Shown here one piece after another: positions 35,657 to 44,929 of a DNA stretch of 64,000 nucleotides (positions within the stretch are counted from its first letter, which is position 1; each line of letters begins with the position of its first letter). The stretch covers positions 1-64,000 of the forward strand of contig CBDCWP010000007.1 of NCBI GenBank assembly GCA_965223505.1, in the 5' to 3' direction. The notes beneath the pieces were generated by a model. The model was given only the letters and a program-made list of their open reading frames with translations, ran no database searches and was not told the origin of the DNA. The position numbers were made by a program, and so were the translations under genes. The DNA is from Planctomycetota bacterium (lineage in GTDB: Bacteria; Planctomycetota; PLA2; JAEUHO01).

Positions 35657-37054
35657 CTAGCGTATGCGGCCGATGGCGCGCAAGAGCTTCATCTGCGCCT
35701 TGTTGAACCCGATGACGGATTGCAGGTAGTCGATGCGCGCCTGGGTCAGCGTCTCTTCGGCCGTGATCGTGTCGAGCGGCACGCCGACGCCCTGGCGCAA
35801 GCGCTCCTGATAGAGGTCCAAAGACTCCTGCGCTTCCGCCGCGCCGACCTCGGACACCTCGATCGCCCCGCCGCGTGCGCGCACCTCGGTGTGCGCCGCC
35901 GACACCTCGCGAACGATGCGACCCTTGACCTTGCGGCCTTCGAGGATCGCGCGCCGATAGCGCGCCGCCGCCGAGGCCTGACGCGCCGTGTCGCCGATGC
36001 CGCCGGGACCGACCGTCCACGACAGCCCGACACGCGTGTCACTCGTGCCGCCCAGGTCGTCGAAGAAGCTACCGAACCAACCCGGCTCGTAGCCGACATG
36101 CACGTCCGGGAAAAACTCGCCCGTGACGGTGCCCTTTTTCTCCGCGTCCGCCGCGGCGGCGAGCATGCGCGCCTCACGCAGCTCCGGCCGGCCCAGGAAC
36201 GCCTTGCGAACGAGCGACGGCTCGGTTTCGTCCGGACCGATCAGCTCGAGCTTCACCGGCTGCGGGTCGCTCGCGTACAGCTCTACGCTGTTCGGCAGGT
36301 CGAGCACCTCGCGCAACGTCGCGGACGCGACGCCGATGGCCTCGATGGCCTGCTGGCGTTGCACCTTCGCGTGCGAGAGCCGCGCTCGCGCGCCCAACAC
36401 GTCGCCGCGGAATCCTGCTCCCGCCTTCACCGCCGCTTCCGCCTCGCCGGCCAGGTCCTCGTAGAGCGCGACCGAGGCGTCCGCGATCTCGAGGAACGCC
36501 TGGCCGTACATCAGGTCGAAGTAGGCGAGTGCCGCTTCCAGTGCGCGGTCGTTCATCTCGGCGTAGCCGGCCTGGCACGCGGCGCCACGGCGTTGTTTGG
36601 CGGCGAGCTGATCGTAGATCGCGTCGCCCAGCTCCCAGTCTGCGTACACCGATGCGCCGAGGAATACGTTGTCCTTCGTCACGTCGACGATGCGTCCCTC
36701 GGTCGCCTGCACGTTGCCGTCGACGTGCTGATAGCGGATCGGCAGTCGCACGGTCGGCAGGATCCACTGGCCGGCGCGCACCATTTCGGCATGCGCCTCC
36801 CGCGCCGTCTCCTTGACGATGCGTACGTCGAGGTTGCGGCCGACCGCCAGCTTCAGCACGGTGGGAAGATCGACCGGCATGCGCCCTTCCGCGGCCTGAG
36901 CGACGCCGACCGCCGGCGCGTCGTCGTTCACGGCCGGCGCCTGCGAAGCGACACCGCCGCGTGCGAGCGAAGCCGGAATCGGCACGGACGTGGTGTGCGA
37001 CGACGAGCATGCGCACAGCGTCGCAAGTAACGCCGCTACGGCGATCCGGCTCAT
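35657..37054 (-). CDS. TolC-family outer membrane efflux lipoprotein
   Basis: Lipobox LCAC. OEP repeats (AYFDL, RPELREA, YQERLRQGVG). Confidence 0.88.
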   Translation of the reverse strand: MSRIAVAALLATLCACSSSHTTSVPIPASLARGGVASQAPAVNDDAPAVGVAQAAEGRMPVDLPTVLKLAVGRNLDVRIVKETAREAHAEMVRAGQWILPTVRLPIRYQHVDGNVQATEGRIVDVTKDNVFLGASVYADWELGDAIYDQLAAKQRRGAACQAGYAEMNDRALEAALAYFDLMYGQAFLEIADASVALYEDLAGEAEAAVKAGAGFRGDVLGARARLSHAKVQRQQAIEAIGVASATLREVLDLPNSVELYASDPQPVKLELIGPDETEPSLVRKAFLGRPELREARMLAAAADAEKKGTVTGEFFPDVHVGYEPGWFGSFFDDLGGTSDTRVGLSWTVGPGGIGDTARQASAAARYRRAILEGRKVKGRIVREVSAAHTEVRARGGAIEVSEVGAAEAQESLDLYQERLRQGVGVPLDTITAEETLTQARIDYLQSVIGFNKAQMKLLRAIGRIR

Positions 37055-38481
37055 TCCGATGCCTCCTTCATGACGGGCTCCGCGCGCTCGCCGTCGGCGA
37101 CCTTCGGCCCACCGCCGTAGATCACCTGCGAGTCCTCGCCGACTCCGTCGAGGATCTGAATCTTGTGGCCGTCGTCCACGCCGATCACGACCTTGGTCTT
37201 CTCGACCACGCCCTTTTCGTTGACGACCAGCACCGTGCTCTTGCGCTTCTTGGTCGTGACGCAGCGGGCCGGCAGTACGAGCGCGTCTTCATACGACTCC
37301 AGCGACACCTCGACCCGCGCGAACATGTGGGCGCGCAGCTTGCCGGCGCTGTTGTCGAGTTCGGCCTCGACCTCCATGGTGCGGGTCTTCGGGTCCAGCG
37401 CGTCGGCGATGCGCGCGACCCGCGCGTCGAACGACTCGTCGCCGAGCTCGTCGATGCGCACCTTGATGAGGCTGCCGACCTCGCAGTGCGGCGCATCGGG
37501 CGGCGCCAGGAAGAAGCGGATTCGCATCTTCGAGTCGTCCACCACCCGGAAGAGCGCCGTCGCGCCGCTGTTGCGCGTCGCGTCCTTCACCAACGTGCCC
37601 GTGTCGACCATGCGCTCCGAGACCACGCCCTTGAAGGGCGCGTGAATGGTGCCGAAGCCTTGCAGCGTCTCGGCCTCGCTCTTCTGGGCCTTGGCGAGGA
37701 GCTCGCCGGCCAACGCCGCGCCGACCGCCGCCTCGGCGGCGGCAATGCGCGCATCGGCGGCGGCGACCTGGGCCTGGGCGACGACGACGTTGTCCTCGGC
37801 CTCCTTGATGCCGACGCGGGCCACCTCGACGTCCGCTTGGGCGACCTCGTAGTCCCCGCGCGCTTCGTCGAGCTTGTCGCGCGCGACGGCGCGCGGCGCG
37901 TCCTTGATGACGGTGGTGAGGCGGTTGTAGACGATCTCCCGGTGGCGCAGGTTGGCCTCGGCCTTGGTGAGCAACGCCTTCGCCGCGTGGATGGCGCCGC
38001 GGGCCTGGCGCTCGTGGGCCTCGGCTTTGGCCTTGTCCTGGCCGGCCTCGAGCGCGGCCGCCTTCGCCTCGGCGATCGCCGCGGTCGCGCGCGCCACGCG
38101 GCTGTCCGCGGTCGCGACGGCCGCGTCGAGCTCCGGCACGGCGATGCGCAATAACACGGCTTCGCCGTCTCGGCCCTTGGGATCGACGCGCGTTCCGACC
38201 TCGACCGGTGGGCCGGCGTACCCGGCGACCTTGCCGTAGATCATCGCCTCGCGGTACGGCTTGACCTCGGCGGCCAACCGCACGACGCGCGTGATGGTCT
38301 CGACCGTGGGATTCACGACGAGCACCCTCGGGACCTCCCTGCGATGGACCGTCCCGTTCTCCGGCGCCGCCTCGGCGGTGCGCGTCACCGCGACGCTCGA
38401 TAGGCGATAGAGAATCGCGCCGCTGACACTGCCGACGATGACGAATGCGGCAACCAGCTGGATCTTCCGCTCGCGGGTCAT
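37051..38481 (-). CDS. RND efflux periplasmic adaptor (MFP)
   Basis: IYGKVAGY, long helical hairpin, IHAPFKGVVSER and LDPKTRTMEVE. Confidence 0.9.
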   Translation of the reverse strand: MTRERKIQLVAAFVIVGSVSGAILYRLSSVAVTRTAEAAPENGTVHRREVPRVLVVNPTVETITRVVRLAAEVKPYREAMIYGKVAGYAGPPVEVGTRVDPKGRDGEAVLLRIAVPELDAAVATADSRVARATAAIAEAKAAALEAGQDKAKAEAHERQARGAIHAAKALLTKAEANLRHREIVYNRLTTVIKDAPRAVARDKLDEARGDYEVAQADVEVARVGIKEAEDNVVVAQAQVAAADARIAAAEAAVGAALAGELLAKAQKSEAETLQGFGTIHAPFKGVVSERMVDTGTLVKDATRNSGATALFRVVDDSKMRIRFFLAPPDAPHCEVGSLIKVRIDELGDESFDARVARIADALDPKTRTMEVEAELDNSAGKLRAHMFARVEVSLESYEDALVLPARCVTTKKRKSTVLVVNEKGVVEKTKVVIGVDDGHKIQILDGVGEDSQVIYGGGPKVADGERAEPVMKEASE

Positions 38482-41400
38482 TCGGTTTCCTCCCGGAACT
38501 CCATGGCCAGGCGGCCTCGGAACAAGACGTAGAGAATCGGCACGACGAAGAGCGTCAGCACCATCGCGGTGAACACGCCGCCGATGACGGCGCGCGCCAG
38601 CGGGATGTTCGCGCCGCCGTAGAGCGCCATGGGCAACAGGCCCAGCATGGCTGCGAACGCGGTCATGAGAATCGGACGTAGACGGGCGACCGCCGCTTCC
38701 GTGACGGCCTCGGTGATGCTGCGGCCGCGCGCCCGCAGCTGGTTGGCGAACTCCACCAGCAGGATGGAGAACGCCACCACGATGCCCACCATCATGATGA
38801 CGCCCATGATCGACTGGATGTTGAGCGTGTCCCCGGTCAACAGCAGCGTGAGCACGACGCCGACAAATCCCAGCGGCACGGCGAACATCACGATGAACGG
38901 GTCCACGAACGACCGGAATTGCACCACCATCACCAGATAGACGAGCGCGGCCGCCATGATCAACCCGAATGCCAGACCGCCGAACGAATCACGCATGATC
39001 TGGGTCTCACCGCGGTTGTGAATCGCATACCCTTTCGGGATCTTTCCGGCCGCGCGCATGTCGTCGAGGATCACGTCGACCTCCGCGGCGACCGCGCCGG
39101 CATCGCGGCCTTCGACGTTCGCGAAGACGTCCGTCACACGCGTGATGTTGAGATGCGTGACCTCGGAGGGGGCCATGTCGCGCTCGATGGTGGCAACCGA
39201 CTTGAGCTGAATCGGGCGTCGGCCGTCATTGGGGTTGATGACGGCCTCCTCGAGCGCCTGGCGCATGTCCATGTCCTTGACCTTGTACTGTGCGCCGACG
39301 AAGTAGTGGTTGCCGTTGTTCGGATCGAGCCAGAACGACTTCTCGAACGAGATCGACGAGCGGAAGGCCGTCACGACGTTCTTCACGATGTCGCCGGCGT
39401 CCATGCCGAGCATGTACGCCTTCTCGCGGTCGATCTCGATCTTGTAGGTCGGCGTGTCGAGGCGCTGCTGGATGCGCACGTCCTTCGCGCCGGGAATGTT
39501 CCCGACGCGCGCGCGCACCTCCTCGGCGATCTCGTGCGCGACATCGAGGCTCTTGCCGTCGATCTGGACGTTGATGGGGTGCGCGACACCGTTGTTGACC
39601 GCGGCGGACAGAATGCCGGCCGTGTCGAACGAGAATTCGAGGCCCGGGAACTGCTTGTTGAGCTTGGGACGCAGCTCCGCCACGTACTCGAAAACGGACT
39701 TGCGTTCGATTCCCTCCCTGAGCTGGATGCTGACGAACGCGTCGCCGGACCCCGAGTTCGGCGTGTAGGCCGCCGGCCACTCGTTGAGCACGCCGATGTT
39801 GGTGATCATCTTTTGCAGGATCTCTTCGGGGATCGTGCGCTGGATGGTCTTCTCGACCTCGGCGAGAGTCTTCTCCGTTTCGACCGGCGTCGTGCCGGAG
39901 GTCTCGCGAACGCGAATCATGAACTGCCCCGCGTCCACGGGCGGGAACAGCTCCTGGCCCAGTGCCGGGAGCAACGCGACGAAGGTGAACGCCATCACGC
40001 CGCCGACGATCGCCAGCACGAGCCAGCGGGCTTTCAGGGCCGCGCCGAGCATGCCGCGATAGGCGCTCTGCAGCTTCTCGAGCATCCCTTTCAGCGCGCC
40101 GGCGATGCCGCGCTCCTCCTCGTGCTCCTTCAAGAACCTGGAAGCGAGCAGCGGTAGAAACGTCATCGTCAGGACGTAGGAGGAGAACATGGCAAAGGCC
40201 ACCGAGATCGCCATCGGGACGAACAGGAACTTGCCGATGCCGGCGAGGAAGATCACCGGGAAGAACACCACCGTGACGGTGAACATGATGAGCAGTCGCG
40301 GCCGCGCCATCTCGCGCATGCCGTCGAGCGCGGCGTCCATTCGACTCTTACCCATTTCGAGGTGGCGTGCGATGTTCTCGATCGACACGATGCCCTCGTC
40401 CAGGATCATGCCGGTGACGAGCGCGAGGCCTCCGAGCGTCATGATGTTGATCGACTGTCCGGCCGCATAGAGGCCGACGAACGCCGCGACGACCGTCAGC
40501 GGCAGCTGGATGAGGATGAAGACCGTCGTCCGGACGCTGCGCAGGAAGACGAGAATCATCAGCGCGGCGAGCAGCCCGCCGATGAGCATCTCCAGCACGA
40601 GGTTGTTGACGGCCTTCCGGACGAACAGCGACTGATCGAAGATGACGTCGAGGTTCACACCGTCGGGCAGGCGCGCTTTGATGGGCTCCAGCTTCTCCTT
40701 GACCGTATCGACGATCTGGATCGTGTTGGCGCCGGGTTGACGGTAGATCGGGATGTAGGCCTGCCGCGCGCCGTCGATGCGAACGATATTGCTCTGAATC
40801 TCGGCCGAGTCTTGTACGTCGGCGACGTCCTTGATCCGCACCATCCGATCGCCGTCGAGCTTGACCGGATAGTCGTTCATCTCCTCGACGTCGTGGGGGA
40901 GCGCGTTCGATTCGAGCAGGTAGTCGATGCCGCCGATGCGCGCCGCGCCGACGGGAATGAAGATGTTGTTGTTGTTGAGCGCGTCGACCACGTTCATGTT
41001 CGACAGCCCGCGGGCTTCGAGGGCGCGCGGATCGATGTAGGCCAGAATGCGGCGCAACTTGCCGCCGTAGACGGCGGGCGCAACCACGCCCGAGATGCTC
41101 TGCATCTTGTTGCGTAGCTCGAAGTACGCGATGTCGTAGAGAGCCGTCTCGTCGTAGATCAGCTGGCCTGCAGCGTCGCGCTCGCTGGAAACGGCGAGCA
41201 GGCACAGCGGGAACGTCGCCGTCGGGTCGAACGGCATCATCATCGGCGACCACGTGCCGGGGGGCAGGTAGTAGAGGTCGGAGATCGCGTACGCCGAGAC
41301 CTGCGCCATCGCGGCGTCGGGATCGATCTCCTCGTGGAAGAAGTCCTTGACGATGCTCACGCCGAGCATCGACTTCGCTTCCTGATGTTCGATGCCGACG

Positions 41401-41615
41401 GACTGGCCGGTCCAACGCTGAATACGGCTGGTGATGTCCTTCTCGACGTTCTCCGCGGGCATGCCGGGGTACATCGTCAGGATCTGCACGGCGGGCTTCT
41501 TGTAGGTCGGCAGGATGTCGGTCGCCATCAGCGGAATGACCCTGCCGCCGATCAAGATGATGGCGAGCACGAGCACGAGCACCCCGTGGGGGTACTTGAT
41601 TGCCCACTTGACCAT
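38478..41615 (-). CDS. RND efflux permease (AcrB/CzcA family)
   Basis: 1045 aa. INIMTLGGLAL, SIENIARH, FPPVDAGQF and RLRPILMT. Confidence 0.95.
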   Translation of the reverse strand: MVKWAIKYPHGVLVLVLAIILIGGRVIPLMATDILPTYKKPAVQILTMYPGMPAENVEKDITSRIQRWTGQSVGIEHQEAKSMLGVSIVKDFFHEEIDPDAAMAQVSAYAISDLYYLPPGTWSPMMMPFDPTATFPLCLLAVSSERDAAGQLIYDETALYDIAYFELRNKMQSISGVVAPAVYGGKLRRILAYIDPRALEARGLSNMNVVDALNNNNIFIPVGAARIGGIDYLLESNALPHDVEEMNDYPVKLDGDRMVRIKDVADVQDSAEIQSNIVRIDGARQAYIPIYRQPGANTIQIVDTVKEKLEPIKARLPDGVNLDVIFDQSLFVRKAVNNLVLEMLIGGLLAALMILVFLRSVRTTVFILIQLPLTVVAAFVGLYAAGQSINIMTLGGLALVTGMILDEGIVSIENIARHLEMGKSRMDAALDGMREMARPRLLIMFTVTVVFFPVIFLAGIGKFLFVPMAISVAFAMFSSYVLTMTFLPLLASRFLKEHEEERGIAGALKGMLEKLQSAYRGMLGAALKARWLVLAIVGGVMAFTFVALLPALGQELFPPVDAGQFMIRVRETSGTTPVETEKTLAEVEKTIQRTIPEEILQKMITNIGVLNEWPAAYTPNSGSGDAFVSIQLREGIERKSVFEYVAELRPKLNKQFPGLEFSFDTAGILSAAVNNGVAHPINVQIDGKSLDVAHEIAEEVRARVGNIPGAKDVRIQQRLDTPTYKIEIDREKAYMLGMDAGDIVKNVVTAFRSSISFEKSFWLDPNNGNHYFVGAQYKVKDMDMRQALEEAVINPNDGRRPIQLKSVATIERDMAPSEVTHLNITRVTDVFANVEGRDAGAVAAEVDVILDDMRAAGKIPKGYAIHNRGETQIMRDSFGGLAFGLIMAAALVYLVMVVQFRSFVDPFIVMFAVPLGFVGVVLTLLLTGDTLNIQSIMGVIMMVGIVVAFSILLVEFANQLRARGRSITEAVTEAAVARLRPILMTAFAAMLGLLPMALYGGANIPLARAVIGGVFTAMVLTLFVVPILYVLFRGRLAMEFREETE

Positions 41616-41650
41616 GTTCCCTCCCTCTATCCGTCCCTACGCGGCCGTTG

Positions 41651-42427
41651 CTACGGGTCGAGCTTCTTGCGCACGACCTCGAGATCGCGCGAGTCGTCGG
41701 CGACGAAGACCCACACGTACTCACCTCGCCCGAACATCAGCACGTCGTGTTCGCACGCGCGGTCACCGTCCCTGCATGGACGCATGAATCGCGGCGCGAG
41801 ATCGGCCGGAAGGTCGAAGTCCGCCCTCCGGATCTGTAGCAGCGTGACGGGCCCTTGGCCCTTCCACAGGCTGAACGCGACCGGGTGACCTCCCAGCTTG
41901 CAGAGCCGTCCTCCTACGACGCCCAGCCCGCCGACTTCACGCGGGATGTTGACCTCGAATGGAATGTGCGGCCGGAGCTTCGTCGCAAGCTCGTCAGCGG
42001 TCTCCGCCGTGACGTCCCAGCTGTGGGTGTTGCGGTGGTCGTTCACCGCCATCACGCCGACCGCGTTGAGCCGCTCCTCGAGCGAGCGTGTATCAACCGG
42101 CCGGAGCATCCAGATCGCGCCGACGACGATCAGGAGCAGCGCCGCGATCGCAACGAACCGTCCAGGGCCGGTGCGCGGCAGCATCGGCGGCCGCGTGTCG
42201 GCCGGGATCGCCAGCAGGCGCTCTTCGAGACCCGCCGGTGCGTCGGCCCGCGCGAGCTCGAGCCGCATGCGCTCGCCTTCCTCGAGCAGCGAGAGCCACT
42301 GGGCTTGCGCCCAGCCCCCGCGGCGCGCGACCTCGGCCTCGACCGCCTGCCGTCGCTCGTCGTCGGGCGGGAGCGCGGATGCTTCACCGAGCTTGCGCAG
42401 CCACTCGGACCGGTCGGGCGCCTTCAT
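41651..42427 (-). CDS. Putative transmembrane anti-sigma factor
   Basis: ATG overlaps the ECF stop codon. Single TM helix. Periplasmic domain with GGRLC motif. Confidence 0.7.
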   Translation of the reverse strand: MKAPDRSEWLRKLGEASALPPDDERRQAVEAEVARRGGWAQAQWLSLLEEGERMRLELARADAPAGLEERLLAIPADTRPPMLPRTGPGRFVAIAALLLIVVGAIWMLRPVDTRSLEERLNAVGVMAVNDHRNTHSWDVTAETADELATKLRPHIPFEVNIPREVGGLGVVGGRLCKLGGHPVAFSLWKGQGPVTLLQIRRADFDLPADLAPRFMRPCRDGDRACEHDVLMFGRGEYVWVFVADDSRDLEVVRKKLDP

Positions 42428-42998
42428 GCCGACCCCCGCTCGACGTCGCGCGCTTCCCGTTCGCGCCGTTGCTCCAATCGGCGTAGATGGGCCCGCAGCT
42501 CGCCGCGGGCGCGATGAATGCGCGAGAGCACCGTGCCCAGCGGAATGCCGAGGCGCTCGGCCGCCTCCCGGCACGTCACCCCTCGAGGAACACCAGCAGG
42601 AACGCCGTGCGTCGCTCGACATCCACCTGATCCAGCGCCAGCTGGATGTCCTCGCGGCGCGCCAAGAGGTCGAGCTCCGGCTCCGGCAGCGGCGACGCGT
42701 CGAGGTTGTCGTCGAGCGGACGGTCCACCACCGGGCGTGCGCGGGCCCGCCGCAGCCGGCGCGACGCGCGGTGCATCATGATCGACACGAGCCACGAGCG
42801 GCCGGCGGCGGGCTCCCGCAGCGCCGCGCTCGAAGAGCACAGCGAGCGCCAGGCCTCGTAGTAGGTCTCCTGCGTGAGGTCCTCGGCGTCGTCGCGGTCA
42901 CCCGTGAGGCGATACCCGAGGCGCCAGATGCGCGCACTGTGCTCCCGGACCAGCTCGCGATAGAGCGCTTCCGGCCGATCAACAGGCGTGGGGGACAA
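42424..42998 (-). pseudogene. ECF sigma factor split by a 1-bp deletion in a G run at about 42580 (probably a sequencing error)
   Basis: DAEDLTQET...SWLVSI...FLEG in one frame. Region 4 TCREAAERLGIPLGTVLSRIHRAR continues in another frame. Confidence 0.85.
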
Positions 42999-43027
42999 GT
43001 GCGAACGATCCTCCGCTCACCCCACTC

Positions 43028-43054
43028 TGTGCCGTTTCAGCGGCTGACGATTCC
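43028..43054 (-). promoter_or_regulatory. ECF-type promoter GGAATC-N15-GGCACA upstream of the ECF sigma gene
   Basis: Same motif and spacing also occur at 43536-43562. Confidence 0.6.
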
Positions 43055-43078
43055 CGTTTTCTCGGATTTGCGCGCGGG

Positions 43079-43459
43079 CTACTTGCCGTCGCCTTCGGCC
43101 GCGTCGCCTTCCTCCGGCTTGGACGCGTCCTCTTCCGACCCACCATGCGCCGTGCAGGCCGTGTTCGGGTCCCAGCAGTCCTTGCAGGCGACCGCCGCCC
43201 CGTCCGTGTAGCCCTTGCTGCAGCCTTCGCACCAGACGTTCTCGCCGGTCAGGCCCTTCCAGCAGTCCTCGCAGCTCTTCTCTTCGCCGTTGAACCAGCC
43301 GTGCTTGCAGTCCGCGCACCAGACGTTCTCGCCGCCCTTGCCTTTTTCACACTCGGTGCAGGCTTCCGCCGCCTTCTCATTCCCGCTGTCGTCGCTACAG
43401 CCGCAGAGCGCGAAGCCCATCAGGCTCACTGCGAGCACCACCAACATCGCCGTACGCAT
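43079..43459 (-). CDS. Small Cys-rich (5x CxxC) lipoprotein, putative metal-binding
   Basis: AGGAG RBS and lipobox LCGC. CTEC, CADC, CEDC, CEGC and CKDC, with duplicated GENVWC units. Confidence 0.8.
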   Translation of the reverse strand: MRTAMLVVLAVSLMGFALCGCSDDSGNEKAAEACTECEKGKGGENVWCADCKHGWFNGEEKSCEDCWKGLTGENVWCEGCSKGYTDGAAVACKDCWDPNTACTAHGGSEEDASKPEEGDAAEGDGK

Positions 43460-43535
43460 CACTCTTCTCCTAGGTCCCGCGTCGCGCGCATACCCATGGA
43501 CGCGGGTCTCGAATTCGACCGGGTTCACCATTCTA

Positions 43536-43562
43536 TGTGCCTGTTTTGGGCCGCCGGATTCC
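43536..43562 (-). promoter_or_regulatory. ECF-type promoter GGAATC-N15-GGCACA upstream of the Cys-rich lipoprotein gene
   Basis: Second copy of the motif at 43028-43054. Confidence 0.6.
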
Positions 43563-43626
43563 AGGGAATTCCGAAAAACGGCCGCGATGCGGCTAGGATG
43601 CCGCGCCGTTCGGTGGAAATCGTCCC

Positions 43627-43806
43627 GTGTACGGCTTTGGAAAGTTCCTGCAGGCGGTCGGCCTGGTGCTGCCGCTCTTCGGCCTGTTTCAGGCGCTCGA
43701 CCGCGGCGCGGAGCGCGGGATCCTCATGCAGGAGTTGGCGTTGCTCGCGACCGGAGCGTTCCTTTTCTTCATCGGCTACAAGATCTGCCAGAAGACCGGC
43801 GGCTGA
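43627..43806 (+). CDS. Small two-TM membrane protein (59 aa, absent from the ORF track)
   Basis: GTG start. MYGFGKFLQAVGLVLPLFGLFQALDRGAERGILMQELALLATGAFLFFIGYKICQKTGG-stop, with GC3-rich codons. Confidence 0.6.
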   Translation: MYGFGKFLQAVGLVLPLFGLFQALDRGAERGILMQELALLATGAFLFFIGYKICQKTGG

Positions 43807-43858
43807 TCGTTTCGCGGGCGACCTCGCTGCTCGCCGCCCGGGGCGTTCCCCGTTCGCG

Positions 43859-44338
43859 TTACGCGGCGGTCTCGGCCTTCGCAGCGGCCTTCTCTTCGAT
43901 GACCGCTTGCGCGGTCTCCGAGACGCGCGGGTGCAGTTCGATCGCGTCCTTGATGCAGACCGAGACACAGAGCATGTCGCAGCCCTTGCAGATGTCGGGG
44001 TCGACCGTCGCGACGTTGTAGAAGCCGTCGTCCGCGCGCACGTACTCGATCGCGTCGAAGGGGCACACGTCGAAGCAGAAGTCGCACGCCGTGCAGCGCT
44101 CCGGCGTCACGATCGCGATCCGGTCGCTGTCCTGGCGGCGCTTGAAGCGCGTTGCGATGTTGCCGTCGAAGTCCAGGATGGCCTCCGGCGGACAGACGTA
44201 GCCGCACAGCCCGCAGTCCACGCAGATGTCCTCGTGGATGACGTGCATCTCCCCGCGCGCGCCCGCGATGGCGTTCACCGGACAGGCCTTCACGCAGGCC
44301 GTGCAGCCGATGCAGGTCTCGATGATGCTGTACGACAT
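43859..44338 (-). CDS. Polyferredoxin / 4Fe-4S dicluster protein (four cluster motifs)
   Basis: CIGCTACVKACP, CVDCGLCGYVCP, CTACDFCFDVCP and CKGCDMLCVSVC. Confidence 0.9.
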   Translation of the reverse strand: MSYSIIETCIGCTACVKACPVNAIAGARGEMHVIHEDICVDCGLCGYVCPPEAILDFDGNIATRFKRRQDSDRIAIVTPERCTACDFCFDVCPFDAIEYVRADDGFYNVATVDPDICKGCDMLCVSVCIKDAIELHPRVSETAQAVIEEKAAAKAETAA

Positions 44339-44449
44339 GCGGCGTCCGGAACGGGGTCGCGCCCGGTGGTGGCCGAGCGGGGGGCCCGGCTAGGATACGG
44401 GACCGCCGCCCTGTCTGGGTGAGATTTCGATCGCCGGAAGGAGCCCCCG

Positions 44450-44929
44450 TTGAGGCCTGAAGTACGACTCCTGGTCGGGTATCTGGTCCGGCTGGTTCTG
44501 CTGTTTTTCGCGGGCTGGTTCCTCTTCTACGAGGGCTCGATGCCCGACGCGCACATCGTCTCGCGCATCGGCGTAGCGATCCTGTTCCTAATCTCGCAGA
44601 TCCTCGTCGGCGAGGTCACGACGGTTCGTACGCACGTCGGCCTGTTGATCGGTGCGCTGCGAGCCGTCAGCGGCGGTACACCCGCCGGACAGGTCACGGC
44701 CGCCATCGCGGATCAGGTCGGCGGCGGCGCGCCGGCGGTGCCCGACGTGCAGGCGGCGGTGGACATCCTGATCCAGAGCCTCGGTGCGAGCGATCCGGAT
44801 ACGCGTGACAAGGCGCACAAGCACCTGATGCGCATCACCGGCGAGTCCTTCCCCGCCGAGGTCGCAACGTGGGCGGACTGGTGGGCCGAGAACCGAGAGG
44901 GTTTCGAGTCCAAGCTACCGACCGACTGA
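44450..44929 (+). CDS. Hypothetical membrane protein with C-terminal HEAT-like segment
   Basis: Two TM helices. Translationally coupled to the next gene (TGATG). Confidence 0.65.
   Translation: MRPEVRLLVGYLVRLVLLFFAGWFLFYEGSMPDAHIVSRIGVAILFLISQILVGEVTTVRTHVGLLIGALRAVSGGTPAGQVTAAIADQVGGGAPAVPDVQAAVDILIQSLGASDPDTRDKAHKHLMRITGESFPAEVATWADWWAENREGFESKLPTD

Noticed and set aside
42576..42578. TGA in the ECF gene as another selenocysteine
   Set aside because: Homology continues in a different frame after the TGA, so this is a frameshift and not read-through.
43079..43459. Multiheme cytochrome c
   Set aside because: The motifs are CxxC without the adjacent His (no CxxCH).
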